Source of the DNA: Verrucomicrobiota bacterium
GTDB lineage: Bacteria > Verrucomicrobiota > Verrucomicrobiia > Limisphaerales > JAIPKD01
DNA: 64,000 nt
Assembly (NCBI GenBank): GCA_021733835.1
Contig: JAIPKD010000002.1
Coordinates: 16,962-80,961, forward strand
Direction of reading: 5' to 3'
Of this stretch, positions 36,010-44,789 are shown in pieces. A program made the translations under genes and the position numbers. The notes under the pieces are model-generated. The model was not told the origin of the DNA. It was given only the letters and a program-made list of their open reading frames with translations, and did not search any database. The first letter of the stretch is position 1; every line of letters begins with the position of its first letter.

Positions 36010-36030
36010 CGGTGTATGGTTTTAGAAGAG

Positions 36031-37758
36031 TTACTTATTTTCTTCTTCTTGAGCGGGACTTTTGTTGGTTTCTTCGCCTTCTTCTTCGTCCGGTGTTCTG
36101 CCCTCATCTGCTGCGTCGAACGCATGCTGGAGCGCTACAAGGTCTTCACCCGGCTTGAGTGAATCAAGCACTGCTTGTTCGGCCTTGAGCTGGTCGGTCG
36201 AGTAATTTGCGGCCTTGATGGAAAGTCCGATACGTCGTTCGGCCTTGTCGATTTTTATGACACGCGCGGTTACTTCCTGACCTACCTTGAGCACGTTTTT
36301 GATCTTATCCACGTGCTCTTCACTGACCTGGGAGATATGAACCAGGCCGTCGATATCGTGTTCGAGGCCGACGAATGCGCCGAAACTGGCAAGCTTGGTG
36401 ACCTTACCGGTGATGAGATCACCGACCTTGTACAGGTCATCGATATGCTCCCATGGATCGGGGGTGAGTTGCTTGATACCCAGGCCGATGCGCTGGTTTT
36501 CTTTGTCTATTTCGAGGATGACGGATTCGACTTCCTGTCCTTTCTTGAGCACTTCGGAAGGATGGTTGATCTTCCGCGTCCATGATATATCTGAGACGTG
36601 GATCATCCCGTCGATGCCGTCTTCGAGTTCGACGAATGCGCCGTAGCTGGTAAGGCTACGTATTTTGCCGGTGATTTTGGTTCCCGGCGGATATTTCTCG
36701 GCGGCTTCATCCCATGGATTAGGTTCGAGCCGGCGTATGCTGAGGGATATCTTCTGTTCCTCCTTGTTAATGCCGAGGACGACCGCCTCGACCTCCTGGT
36801 CGGGTTTAAGGACGTCGGATGGCTTGGCGATTCTCTTGACCCAAGAGAGTTCTGTAGCATGGACGAGGCCTTCGACACCCGGTTCGAGTTCGATGAACGC
36901 GCCGTACGGCACGAGGTTGACGACCCTGCCTTTGACCTTTTGGTCCACCGGGTACTTGGTTTCGATTTCTTCCCATGGGTTCGCAAGTTTTTGCTTGAGT
37001 CCCAGGCTGACTCGTTCTTTCTCGCGATTGATATCGAGAACCACTACATCGACTTCCTGTCCGATCCTGAGCATTTCCGTCGGATGCCCGATCCTGCCCC
37101 AGCTCATGTCGGTAATATGCAGGAGTCCGTCCAGGCCGTTGAGATCGATAAAGGCGCCGAAGTCGGTTATATTCTTGACGGTACCTTTGCGGATATCGCC
37201 GGGCATCATCTCGGCGAGTAATTTGGTGCGGCGTTCGCTGCGCTCTTGTTCGATCAGTTCCCGCCGTGAAAGTACGATATTCTGACGTTCCTGATTGATT
37301 TTGACTACCTTGAATTCGTAGCTGTTTCCTACGTAGGTGGCCAGGTTCTTGGGGGGAACCACGTCTATTTGTGAGGCCGGCAGGAATGCTTCGACGCCGA
37401 TGTTTACCAGGAGACCGCCTTTGACGACGGACTTAACCTTACCTGTGACGGTGCCGCCTTCGTTGCAGATAGTGAGAATCTTTTCCCAGTTCTGTTTGAA
37501 TTCGGCTTGTTCCTTGGAGAGGACGACATTACCGTCTCTGTCCTCCAATCGGACGATCATAACGTCGATTTCATCGCCTGGTTTAACACTTTTGAAGTCA
37601 TCGAATTCGGACGAAGGGACGGCGCCTTCGCTTTTATACCCTATATCGATCAGGGCTTCTTTTGCTCGGACTTCGATGACTGTTCCCTTTACTATCTGGC
37701 CCGGAGCAAAGCTTAGATCGCTTTGCTTGAGGGCTTCTTCCATTGTAAGCATAGACAC
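36031..37758 (-). CDS. rpsA: 30S ribosomal protein S1
   Basis: 575 aa with six S1 repeats (recurring G.V..I..FGAFV.L..G..GL.H.S motif). Confidence 0.95.
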   Translation of the reverse strand: MSMLTMEEALKQSDLSFAPGQIVKGTVIEVRAKEALIDIGYKSEGAVPSSEFDDFKSVKPGDEIDVMIVRLEDRDGNVVLSKEQAEFKQNWEKILTICNEGGTVTGKVKSVVKGGLLVNIGVEAFLPASQIDVVPPKNLATYVGNSYEFKVVKINQERQNIVLSRRELIEQERSERRTKLLAEMMPGDIRKGTVKNITDFGAFIDLNGLDGLLHITDMSWGRIGHPTEMLRIGQEVDVVVLDINREKERVSLGLKQKLANPWEEIETKYPVDQKVKGRVVNLVPYGAFIELEPGVEGLVHATELSWVKRIAKPSDVLKPDQEVEAVVLGINKEEQKISLSIRRLEPNPWDEAAEKYPPGTKITGKIRSLTSYGAFVELEDGIDGMIHVSDISWTRKINHPSEVLKKGQEVESVILEIDKENQRIGLGIKQLTPDPWEHIDDLYKVGDLITGKVTKLASFGAFVGLEHDIDGLVHISQVSEEHVDKIKNVLKVGQEVTARVIKIDKAERRIGLSIKAANYSTDQLKAEQAVLDSLKPGEDLVALQHAFDAADEGRTPDEEEGEETNKSPAQEEENK

Positions 37759-37983
37759 AAAATGATTTGTCCGTGATGCGAATTTGAAGAGTTTAACAGG
37801 CGCCGCATTGCGCCTTCATGAATCCTCAAATGTTGCTACGTAAATACGCTATAGCGCAACAGGATTATTCGGTTTAAAGTTCCAAAATATAAAGCCTCGA
37901 AAACCCGCACCCGCGGTATCGAGGTCTGAGATTAAGATTAAGGCTATTTTCGCCGGATGCAAACAATAATCGATGTTTTTCGA

Positions 37984-38013
37984 TAAAAAATTCACCCGCC
38001 CGCGGTTCCGGTG
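37984..38013 (-). terminator. Possible terminator of mtnP
   Basis: GC-rich hairpin cacccgcccgcggttccggtg, followed on the minus strand by a T-run (plus-strand aaaaaa at 37985-37990). Confidence 0.35.
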
Positions 38014-38022
38014 CATGTTTTA

Positions 38023-38883
38023 TTAAATAAACCTCTCGAGTATCAGGTTTAATTTTATCTTAGTCTCTTCCGGCCAGAATTCCCTTTTTGTGAGGATACT
38101 GTTCTCGAGTGCGCTGTGGCATGAGCAGCCGGGCATGCTCGGCATGGTGGGGATCACCTGCTTCAGTACACTCTTTGTTTGGGCGGCGTTGCGGTTCAGG
38201 TTTCCTACGACCTCTTCGACACTGACGCTTGAGTCGGTCTTCCAGCAATCATAGTCTGTCACCGTCGCCAAGGTGGCGAGCGCGATTTCCGCTTCCCTGG
38301 CGCACTTGGCTTCCTTCAGATTTGTCATTCCGACCACGTCGAAGCCGAGTTGGCGGTATGCAAACGATTCCGCCCTGGTTCCGAAAGCCGGGCCTTCGAT
38401 GTTTACGTATGTGCCGCCGTCATGGACGCGCGCGCCGGTTGCCGCGCAAGCATCGTAGAGCAACTTCCGCAGCTCGGGACAAAAGGGGTCGGCGAATCCT
38501 ATGTGTGCAACGATACCATCACCAAAAAAACTGTGCCCTGCTGAGTCCTTGGTACGGTCGAATAACTGATCAGGTACCACTATATCGCAAGGATGGCGAT
38601 CTTCCCGAAGCGAACCCACGGCGCTGAGGGCGATTATCCAACGGACGCCAAGCTTTTTCATGGCATAAATATTGGCCCTGTGATTCAGCTCGGACGGCAT
38701 GATCCGGTGTCCGCGCCCGTGCCGGGGTAGAAAAACCACATCCCTGCCTTCGAGGTTGCCGGTTAATAAACTGTCCGAGGGCTTCCCGAAGGGGGTGTCG
38801 ACCTCGACCCATTCCTGGCCGGTCAATCCTTGGATGTCATAATGACCGCTGCCGCCGATTATGCCTATTTTATGCTCCGACAT
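38023..38883 (-). CDS. mtnP: S-methyl-5'-thioadenosine phosphorylase
   Basis: 286 aa. IGIIGGSG N-terminus and overall PNP/MTAP-family pattern (LPRHGRGHR..PSELN.RANI). Confidence 0.85.
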   Translation of the reverse strand: MSEHKIGIIGGSGHYDIQGLTGQEWVEVDTPFGKPSDSLLTGNLEGRDVVFLPRHGRGHRIMPSELNHRANIYAMKKLGVRWIIALSAVGSLREDRHPCDIVVPDQLFDRTKDSAGHSFFGDGIVAHIGFADPFCPELRKLLYDACAATGARVHDGGTYVNIEGPAFGTRAESFAYRQLGFDVVGMTNLKEAKCAREAEIALATLATVTDYDCWKTDSSVSVEEVVGNLNRNAAQTKSVLKQVIPTMPSMPGCSCHSALENSILTKREFWPEETKIKLNLILERFI

Positions 38884-38944
38884 ATCCGGGGATTCTTACT
38901 TAACACCGCTAAAATTACCAGATTAATTCGGCATCAGGTTTTTA

Positions 38945-39661
38945 CTATAATCCCAGCAACTGCATACCGAGTCCGCTCAATAGGATCGTTGCGCCCGCAA
39001 TGGCGTGCATGAAACGCTCGAGCGGTTTGACTGACAGGAATTTAATCCCGAGTGAACCGAGGTAAACTACTGAAAGCATTGTCCCAATGGTGATCACGCT
39101 GAAAACCGTAGCGACAATTACAACGTCCAACATACTGTTCTTTGCCGCGGGATACATCAGGACGGGGATCAAGGGCTCGCATGGGCCGAGGACGAAGATC
39201 GTGAAAAGCACCCAGGGTGTGATGCTCTTCTTGGCTTCCCCGTTTATATGCGGATGGGCGTGACCGTTTGCGTGAACGTGTTCGTGGCTGTGAATGGTGC
39301 CGTTGTAGTGAAAATGTTTGTGTTGATGTGCCTTGTTCAAAACACCCCTTCTCAAGCCCCAAATGAAATAGACCAGTCCGAATACTATCAATAACCAGGC
39401 GGCAATACCGCCGCGGAATGATTCCAACGCCGTCAATTTCGTTACGGTGATACCCAGAACAACCCCGATGGAACCTAATACGACCGAGCTTAAGACATGA
39501 CCGAGGCCACAGAAGAACGTGATCCACATGGTCTTTAACTTAGACCAGCCCCTGGCCCTGGACATGACGATAAACGGTAGATAATGATCCGGGCCGAAGA
39601 GTGTATGGAAAAATCCGAGGGAAGCAGCCGTGATTGTGAGGATAGTTAATTCGCTGTTCAT
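38945..39661 (-). CDS. Metal (Ni/Co-type) transporter-like membrane protein with a His-rich loop
   Basis: 238 aa with 6 predicted TM. FHTLFGPDH motif in TM1. Central loop HQHKHFHYNGTIHSHEHVHANGHAHPH. The family (NicO/RcnA-like) is tentative. Confidence 0.45.
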   Translation of the reverse strand: MNSELTILTITAASLGFFHTLFGPDHYLPFIVMSRARGWSKLKTMWITFFCGLGHVLSSVVLGSIGVVLGITVTKLTALESFRGGIAAWLLIVFGLVYFIWGLRRGVLNKAHQHKHFHYNGTIHSHEHVHANGHAHPHINGEAKKSITPWVLFTIFVLGPCEPLIPVLMYPAAKNSMLDVVIVATVFSVITIGTMLSVVYLGSLGIKFLSVKPLERFMHAIAGATILLSGLGMQLLGL

Positions 39662-39724
39662 GTGTCGCTTGTTCGCTTTCGCTTAGTGTCGCTACGTAAC
39701 GGTCGGGCATTGCAATCCCATAAA

Positions 39725-39753
39725 AGTATGAACTTTTAACCAAAACGTGTCAA
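39725..39753 (-). promoter_or_regulatory. Sigma70-like promoter TTGACA-17-CATACT for the metal transporter gene
   Basis: On the minus strand: ttgaca (39753-39748), 17-nt spacer, catact (39730-39725). It sits about 65 nt upstream of the ATG at 39661. Confidence 0.35.
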
Positions 39754-39992
39754 TGTTTTGAAAAACTGGATGCCGCTACGGTCGCATTATAAATGCTTCA
39801 CTTGAATCATAGGCTCCTTCGAAATCGGGATCGGGCGAAATAGATAATTGCATCTAAATAATAATTCGACCACGCGAATGAATTGTTTACGTGGATGCAC
39901 GCCTGAATTACAATGTAATAAATTCGATTAACCACGAAATACAATGAATAAGGTTGCGATTAAGCCGTGATATTCAGCTGAAAGGGTATTCG

Positions 39993-41036
39993 ATGAAGAT
40001 ATTTCTCGTAGTCTCAGTCTTGTGCATCCTGATTTCGAGTGTCGGCGGTCGTGTTGCGGCCGAACCGCCTTATCCAAGGAGCTCGCTGTTTGCGGGCATC
40101 AACTTTCACGAATCCACACTCCGGCGTAGAGCGCCGGGGAGCGATATCTGGTCTTGTACATGGGCGGGCAATGGACAGGTATTCGCCGCCTGGGGCGACG
40201 GCGGCGGTTTTGGTGGAACTGACGTTAAGGGCCGCGTTTCCATCGGTGTGGCCGCCGTGTCCGGAGAACCGCAGGATTGTAAAGGAGTGAATGTATGGGG
40301 CGGTATCGATCCCGTATCCCGGCAGAAACCTACCATAGGAAAAGGGACTATCCTGGCGGTCGATAGTAAACTTTATCTTTTCATCAGCGAGCAGGATGAA
40401 TGGGATCGATGTCGGTTATGGAAATCCCGCGATAACGGCCGCAACTGGGAGGATAAAGGCTGGATATTCCCGGAATCGCATAAGATATTCGCTTTCCCGG
40501 GGCTGATCCAGTTCGGCTGCGCCAATCGGCTGAGTCCCGACGGTTACGTCTATGGATTCTCGGATAACGATCCACGCCGCGTCGAGGATAAGCGATTGTA
40601 CCTGTTTAGAGTTAAGAAGGGACAGATCGAGGAACTCGATGCCTATGAATACTTCTCGGGCACGCCGGAAAAGCCCGAATGGTCCGGCCGAATCCAAGAC
40701 AGAAAGTCGGTCTTCTTCAATCCCGAGGGAATCGGTTGGGGGACGACCTGTGTGTTTCATCCGGCATCCGATCGTTATCTGTTGACCGTTACCACACATG
40801 AAAACCGTGGTGACTGGGGACTTTACGAGAGCCGCCGGCCTTGGGGGCCGTGGAAGACGGTGGCTTATGGCGAGGATTTACCGCAGTGGACTTATTCCCC
40901 CGCCGAAAAAGACCGGCCCGCCTATTTACATACCTTCCCTGCCAAATGGATCAGCGACGACGGTACAACGCTGTGGTGCGTTTTCGATCGGGGCGACCGT
41001 TTCAATCTGGTAAAATGCACCCTGCAGATCAAATAG
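39993..41036 (+). CDS. Secreted protein with an Asp-box (SRDNGRNW), probable beta-propeller, unknown function
   Basis: ATG at 39993 gives a signal peptide, MKIFLVVSVLCILISSVGGRVAA. There is one BNR/Asp-box-like motif. I am not confident of any family name. Confidence 0.55.
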   Translation: MKIFLVVSVLCILISSVGGRVAAEPPYPRSSLFAGINFHESTLRRRAPGSDIWSCTWAGNGQVFAAWGDGGGFGGTDVKGRVSIGVAAVSGEPQDCKGVNVWGGIDPVSRQKPTIGKGTILAVDSKLYLFISEQDEWDRCRLWKSRDNGRNWEDKGWIFPESHKIFAFPGLIQFGCANRLSPDGYVYGFSDNDPRRVEDKRLYLFRVKKGQIEELDAYEYFSGTPEKPEWSGRIQDRKSVFFNPEGIGWGTTCVFHPASDRYLLTVTTHENRGDWGLYESRRPWGPWKTVAYGEDLPQWTYSPAEKDRPAYLHTFPAKWISDDGTTLWCVFDRGDRFNLVKCTLQIK

Positions 41037-41111
41037 CGACGTTGAGAATATCCAGCGCGACTGCAATCAATATTATGACCGAGTTTTTTTAATTTCGATA
41101 CGTTAAGAGGC

Positions 41112-41651
41112 ATGAGCATAGTAACAAAGAAAGGGGATACGGGATTTACGCAGATGATGTATGGACGACGTGTGCCGAAGTCGCATCCGCGGATGGAGGC
41201 CTGCGGCGCCGTCGATGAGCTGAATAGTGTTCTCGGGTTTGCGCGCGCTTTTTCGGAGGATGCCTCGGTGGGAGCGATTGTTTTTTCGGTTCAGAGGGAA
41301 CTTGTTTTGTTAATGGGTGAATTGGCGACGGCCGGCGAGGAATTACGGCGGTATGCCGAGGACGGATATCTTCAGCTGTCCGTTGATTCGGTGGAACGTA
41401 TTGAGAAGGAGATAACGGGATTGGAATCCGGGTGTAAATTCCCGGCGGGCTGGGTGATACCGGGTGCGTGCAGGGCTTCCGCGGCGTTTGATGTGGCGCG
41501 ATCTGTCTGCCGGCGCGCCGAGAGGCGGGTGAGTGCGCTGTGTGAGAACAATCAGGTCTCGAATGATAATATTCTGCGGTATCTGAACCGGTTGAGCGAT
41601 CTGCTATGGTTACTGGCGCGGCGCGAGGAGTTCCGGATTGAGGAGGCATGA
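41112..41651 (+). CDS. pduO: PduO-type ATP:cob(I)alamin adenosyltransferase
   Basis: 179 aa. TKKGDTGFT...RMEACGAVDELNSVLG and the C-terminal LNRLSDLLW pattern are typical of the family. Confidence 0.85.
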   Translation: MSIVTKKGDTGFTQMMYGRRVPKSHPRMEACGAVDELNSVLGFARAFSEDASVGAIVFSVQRELVLLMGELATAGEELRRYAEDGYLQLSVDSVERIEKEITGLESGCKFPAGWVIPGACRASAAFDVARSVCRRAERRVSALCENNQVSNDNILRYLNRLSDLLWLLARREEFRIEEA

Positions 41652-41890
41652 GGCTGGAGTTAACGTTAAAGCCGTTTAATCCCTCGGTTTTTCGCGTCTG
41701 GCTGTCCATGGTTTTGGTTTTATCCCCTATTATATGGCATGGAACATGCTTTAAATTTGACGGAAAGATGCACTGTATCGGAAAAACAATTAGGTGTATG
41801 GCCAACCGCTCCTGTCATCATGGCAGGGGCAATAAAGGCATCCTTTGTCCTCCTCAACATCGTGTTTTGAGCGCACGGTGTCCTGCCTAA
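41648..41890 (+). CDS. Possible small Cys/His-rich protein translationally coupled to pduO (uncertain)
   Basis: 80-aa ORF. Its ATGA overlaps the pduO stop, and it ends 14 nt before a strong terminator. It has 6 Cys and 5 His and no known domain. It could equally be a 3' UTR. Confidence 0.25.
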   Translation: MRLELTLKPFNPSVFRVWLSMVLVLSPIIWHGTCFKFDGKMHCIGKTIRCMANRSCHHGRGNKGILCPPQHRVLSARCPA

Positions 41891-41903
41891 CCTGGAAAGG
41901 TTC

Positions 41904-41945
41904 CCGGCGGTCTGACAGGCTTTCCCAGACCGCCGGTTTCTTTTT
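41904..41945 (+). terminator. Rho-independent terminator
   Basis: ccggcggtctg-(11-nt loop)-cagaccgccgg followed by tttcttttt. Confidence 0.6.
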
Positions 41946-41963
41946 GGACGGTCTTGGTTCGGT

Positions 41964-44321
41964 TTAAGGATTTTCGGTTTTAAGGTTGGAATTCCGTTTC
42001 GGCACCGGGATGATCGGCGAGTCGAGACAGTTTCTGACGGCTTTGGCGAGGGAGTTGGGTGAGAACGGTTTTTGGAGAAAGTTCAGACCTTCTTGGAGGG
42101 TGATGTCTTTACCTATCAATTCGTCGCTGTATCCGCTTGCGAAAATTACTTTCAAATCCGGTGATTTATCCTGTAGATACTCGGCCAGGTCGCGTCCGGA
42201 CATGCCTGATTGGAGGACTACATCTGTGAGGAGGAGGTTGATATAACCGTCGTGGGAATCCCATGCGTCGATGGCTTCTTCGCCCGAGGAGGCGATAAGT
42301 ACTTTATATCCGAATCGGTTTAGGATGCTGAGTATGAGGTTGCGGAGTTCCGATTCGTCTTCGACGGCGAGTATGGTTTCTTGTCCGCCTTTGATCAGCA
42401 ATGGGGTTGATTCCGGGGTAAGTTCTTTTTGAGTAGAGCAGGAGGGGAAGAAGATACGGAATTCGGTGCCTTGTCCCGGACGGCTGGATACCTCTATCCA
42501 GCCATGGTGTTGTTTAACGATGCCGTAGACGGTGGCGAGGCCCAGGCCGGTACCTTTGCCGGCGTCTTTTGTGGTGAAGAACGGTTCGAACAGGTGTTCG
42601 AGGATATGATTTTCGATACCTGCGCCCGTATCGGCGACGGTCAGACATACGAAGAAGCCTTCGCGCGCTTCGGGGCAGTATTGTTTTCGAGAAGAGTCTA
42701 CTTTTTCGGCGGAGGTGGAAATGCGGAGTTGTCCGCCTTTTGACATAGCGTCGCGGGCATTGACGGCGAGGTTGAGAATGATTTGCTCGATCATACTGCT
42801 ATCGGCGAGGATGGCGGGTAGGGTTTGGCAGTAATCGTAATTGACGATGATATTTTCGCCGATCAGCCTGCCGAGGAGTTTACTCATATTCTTGACGACA
42901 CGGTTCAGATCCAGCACCTGGAGGCGCATTATTTGTCTTCGGCCGAATGCGAGGAGTTGTCTGGTCAAGTTTGACGCGCGTTCGGCGGCGGAGGCGACCT
43001 GACGGATGGAGTCTTTTTTATTCTCCGATATCTCGGTGTCGGCGAGGATGAGGCCGAGGTGTCCCTGGATTACGGTAAGGATATTATTAAAATCGTGGGC
43101 GATGCCGCCTGCGAGTTGGCCGATGGCCTCCATTTTTTGGGACTGGCGCAGTTGTTCTTCGAGGAATTTACGGTCGGTAATATCCTGGATTGTGCCGATC
43201 AGTTTGTCGTCGGCTTCGGAATTGGAGAGGAATTCCGCCTGTACATTGAGTATATGTTCGCTGCCGTTTGGTAATTTGATCTTGAAATCGATATTGCAGA
43301 GTGCGCCGGTATTGATGCATTTGTTAAGCGCCTGTTCCACTGCGTGCCTATCACGGCGTATGATTGCGTTGAGAAAGTCTTTCCATGACGGCGTGAACTT
43401 TTCAGGGTCTTTACCGAACAGATGGTAGGTTTCCGGCGACCAATAAAATTGTTGGGTGGCGGGATTGTATTCCCAGCTGCCGACCTTGCCGATTTTTTGT
43501 GAGAGGCGAAGATTTGCTTCGCTGTCTTTGAGCGCTTGTTCTGTTTTTTTACGTTGGGTAATATCCCTGGAAACGCCCATTAACCCGCATGCGCGGCCCT
43601 CGGTGTTTTTGAGAAGAGATGCGGAGAGGAAGCTGGTGAAGGTTGATCCGTCTACGCGGATATTTGTGATTTCGCCGACGTATTTACCCGTTTCCCGCGT
43701 AGTATTATGTACGAATCGGCCTTCTTGTTTGTCGGCGTAGAGGTCGAGCACCGGTCGTCCGATGATTTCCTGACGTTTATATCCGAATGTAGATTCGGCG
43801 GCCTGATTGAACTCGGTGATCTTGCCTTCCAGATCGGAGGCGATGATCATATCGATGGAGCTCTTAATAATGTTTTGGGCGTAATTCTGGGATGCATGGA
43901 AAGCTTCTTCTGCGCGGCGGCGTTGGATATTGAGTCTATTCCTTTCGATTGCGTAGCGTATAGACCTGAGGAGGAGGCGGCTGTCGATCTGGCCTTTTAT
44001 AAGGAAATCCTGGGCGCCGTGGCGGACGGCGGATAACGCGAATAGATCGTCCTGGAGCCCTGTGAGGACGACGACCGGCATTGCCGGTGCGGCTTTGCGG
44101 AAGTGTAGTACCGTGTCCAGTCCGTTTCCATCCGGCAGCGAAAGGTCGAGTAGCGCGACGTCGAATTGAGATTCTTCCATTTTATCGAGTGCCTCGCTGA
44201 TGCGTGTTACGTGCACTAGTGAAAAGTACGAGTGCATGGTTTCGCTGAGCGACTCCTTGATGAGGCGTGCGTCACCGAAGTTGTCTTCGACAAGCAGAAT
44301 ATTGATAAATTCGTCTGTCAT
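41964..44321 (-). CDS. Hybrid sensor histidine kinase (REC-PAS-PAS-HisKA-HATPase-REC)
   Basis: 785 aa. N-terminal receiver ([13 protein letters not shown]...[11 protein letters not shown]), PAS regions, HisKA (IAHDFNNIL), HATPase (DTGAGI...GTGLGLA), C-terminal receiver (ILAVEDE...LLLTDVVL). Confidence 0.85.
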   Translation of the reverse strand: MTDEFINILLVEDNFGDARLIKESLSETMHSYFSLVHVTRISEALDKMEESQFDVALLDLSLPDGNGLDTVLHFRKAAPAMPVVVLTGLQDDLFALSAVRHGAQDFLIKGQIDSRLLLRSIRYAIERNRLNIQRRRAEEAFHASQNYAQNIIKSSIDMIIASDLEGKITEFNQAAESTFGYKRQEIIGRPVLDLYADKQEGRFVHNTTRETGKYVGEITNIRVDGSTFTSFLSASLLKNTEGRACGLMGVSRDITQRKKTEQALKDSEANLRLSQKIGKVGSWEYNPATQQFYWSPETYHLFGKDPEKFTPSWKDFLNAIIRRDRHAVEQALNKCINTGALCNIDFKIKLPNGSEHILNVQAEFLSNSEADDKLIGTIQDITDRKFLEEQLRQSQKMEAIGQLAGGIAHDFNNILTVIQGHLGLILADTEISENKKDSIRQVASAAERASNLTRQLLAFGRRQIMRLQVLDLNRVVKNMSKLLGRLIGENIIVNYDYCQTLPAILADSSMIEQIILNLAVNARDAMSKGGQLRISTSAEKVDSSRKQYCPEAREGFFVCLTVADTGAGIENHILEHLFEPFFTTKDAGKGTGLGLATVYGIVKQHHGWIEVSSRPGQGTEFRIFFPSCSTQKELTPESTPLLIKGGQETILAVEDESELRNLILSILNRFGYKVLIASSGEEAIDAWDSHDGYINLLLTDVVLQSGMSGRDLAEYLQDKSPDLKVIFASGYSDELIGKDITLQEGLNFLQKPFSPNSLAKAVRNCLDSPIIPVPKRNSNLKTENP

Positions 44322-44336
44322 CGCAGCCGTCCTATA

Positions 44337-44789
44337 TTAATTTGTCGGCAGTTTAACAATCGTGAGCCAGAAATTTTCTATTGAGCGCGCAACGGCTATG
44401 AACTGGTCGAGGTCGACGGGTTTGATGATATAGCAATTTGCATGGAGCTCGTAACTTTCGAGGATATCTTGTTCGGCCTTGGATGTGGTAAGAACCACGA
44501 CGGGAATACGCCGGAGCTCGGGGTCTTGTTTGATCTCCGCCAGGACTTCGCGTCCATCCTTTTTTGGGAGATTGAGGTCGAGGAGTACGATGTCCGGGGT
44601 AGTGACATGATCGTACGGTTTCTGCTTACGCAGGTACGAGATGGCGTCCATGCCGTTTGCGACTGTATTCAAGTTATTGAGCACTTTACCTTCCTTGAGC
44701 GCTTCTTTGGTTAACCTGGCATCGCCGGGATTGTCTTCTACCAAGAGTATTTCAATGGGTTTTATTGTTTGCACTTCCATTATTGTCAA
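44337..44789 (-). CDS. Single-domain response regulator (Rcp1/CheY-like)
   Basis: 150 aa. [18 protein letters not shown], phospho-acceptor in [12 protein letters not shown], conserved K in IIKP. Overlaps the upstream kinase gene by 29-38 nt. Confidence 0.85.
   Translation of the reverse strand: MTIMEVQTIKPIEILLVEDNPGDARLTKEALKEGKVLNNLNTVANGMDAISYLRKQKPYDHVTTPDIVLLDLNLPKKDGREVLAEIKQDPELRRIPVVVLTTSKAEQDILESYELHANCYIIKPVDLDQFIAVARSIENFWLTIVKLPTN

Noticed and set aside
36175-37765. Several 130-207-aa plus-strand ORFs antisense to rpsA
   Set aside because: The minus frame is a six-repeat S1 protein. The antisense ORFs are repeat-induced shadows.
41146-41805. 219-aa minus-strand ORF antisense to pduO
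   Set aside because: It is a Pro/Arg/Ser-rich shadow ORF, and the plus strand encodes a clear PduO-type adenosyltransferase.
41652-41900. Cobalamin riboswitch next to the adenosyltransferase gene
   Set aside because: I looked for B12-box-like and GGGAA..GGTG.AA.TCC core elements on both strands and found only weak fragments (gcactgt, aatccc). The position is also wrong: it lies downstream of pduO and directly before a terminator, with no gene to regulate.
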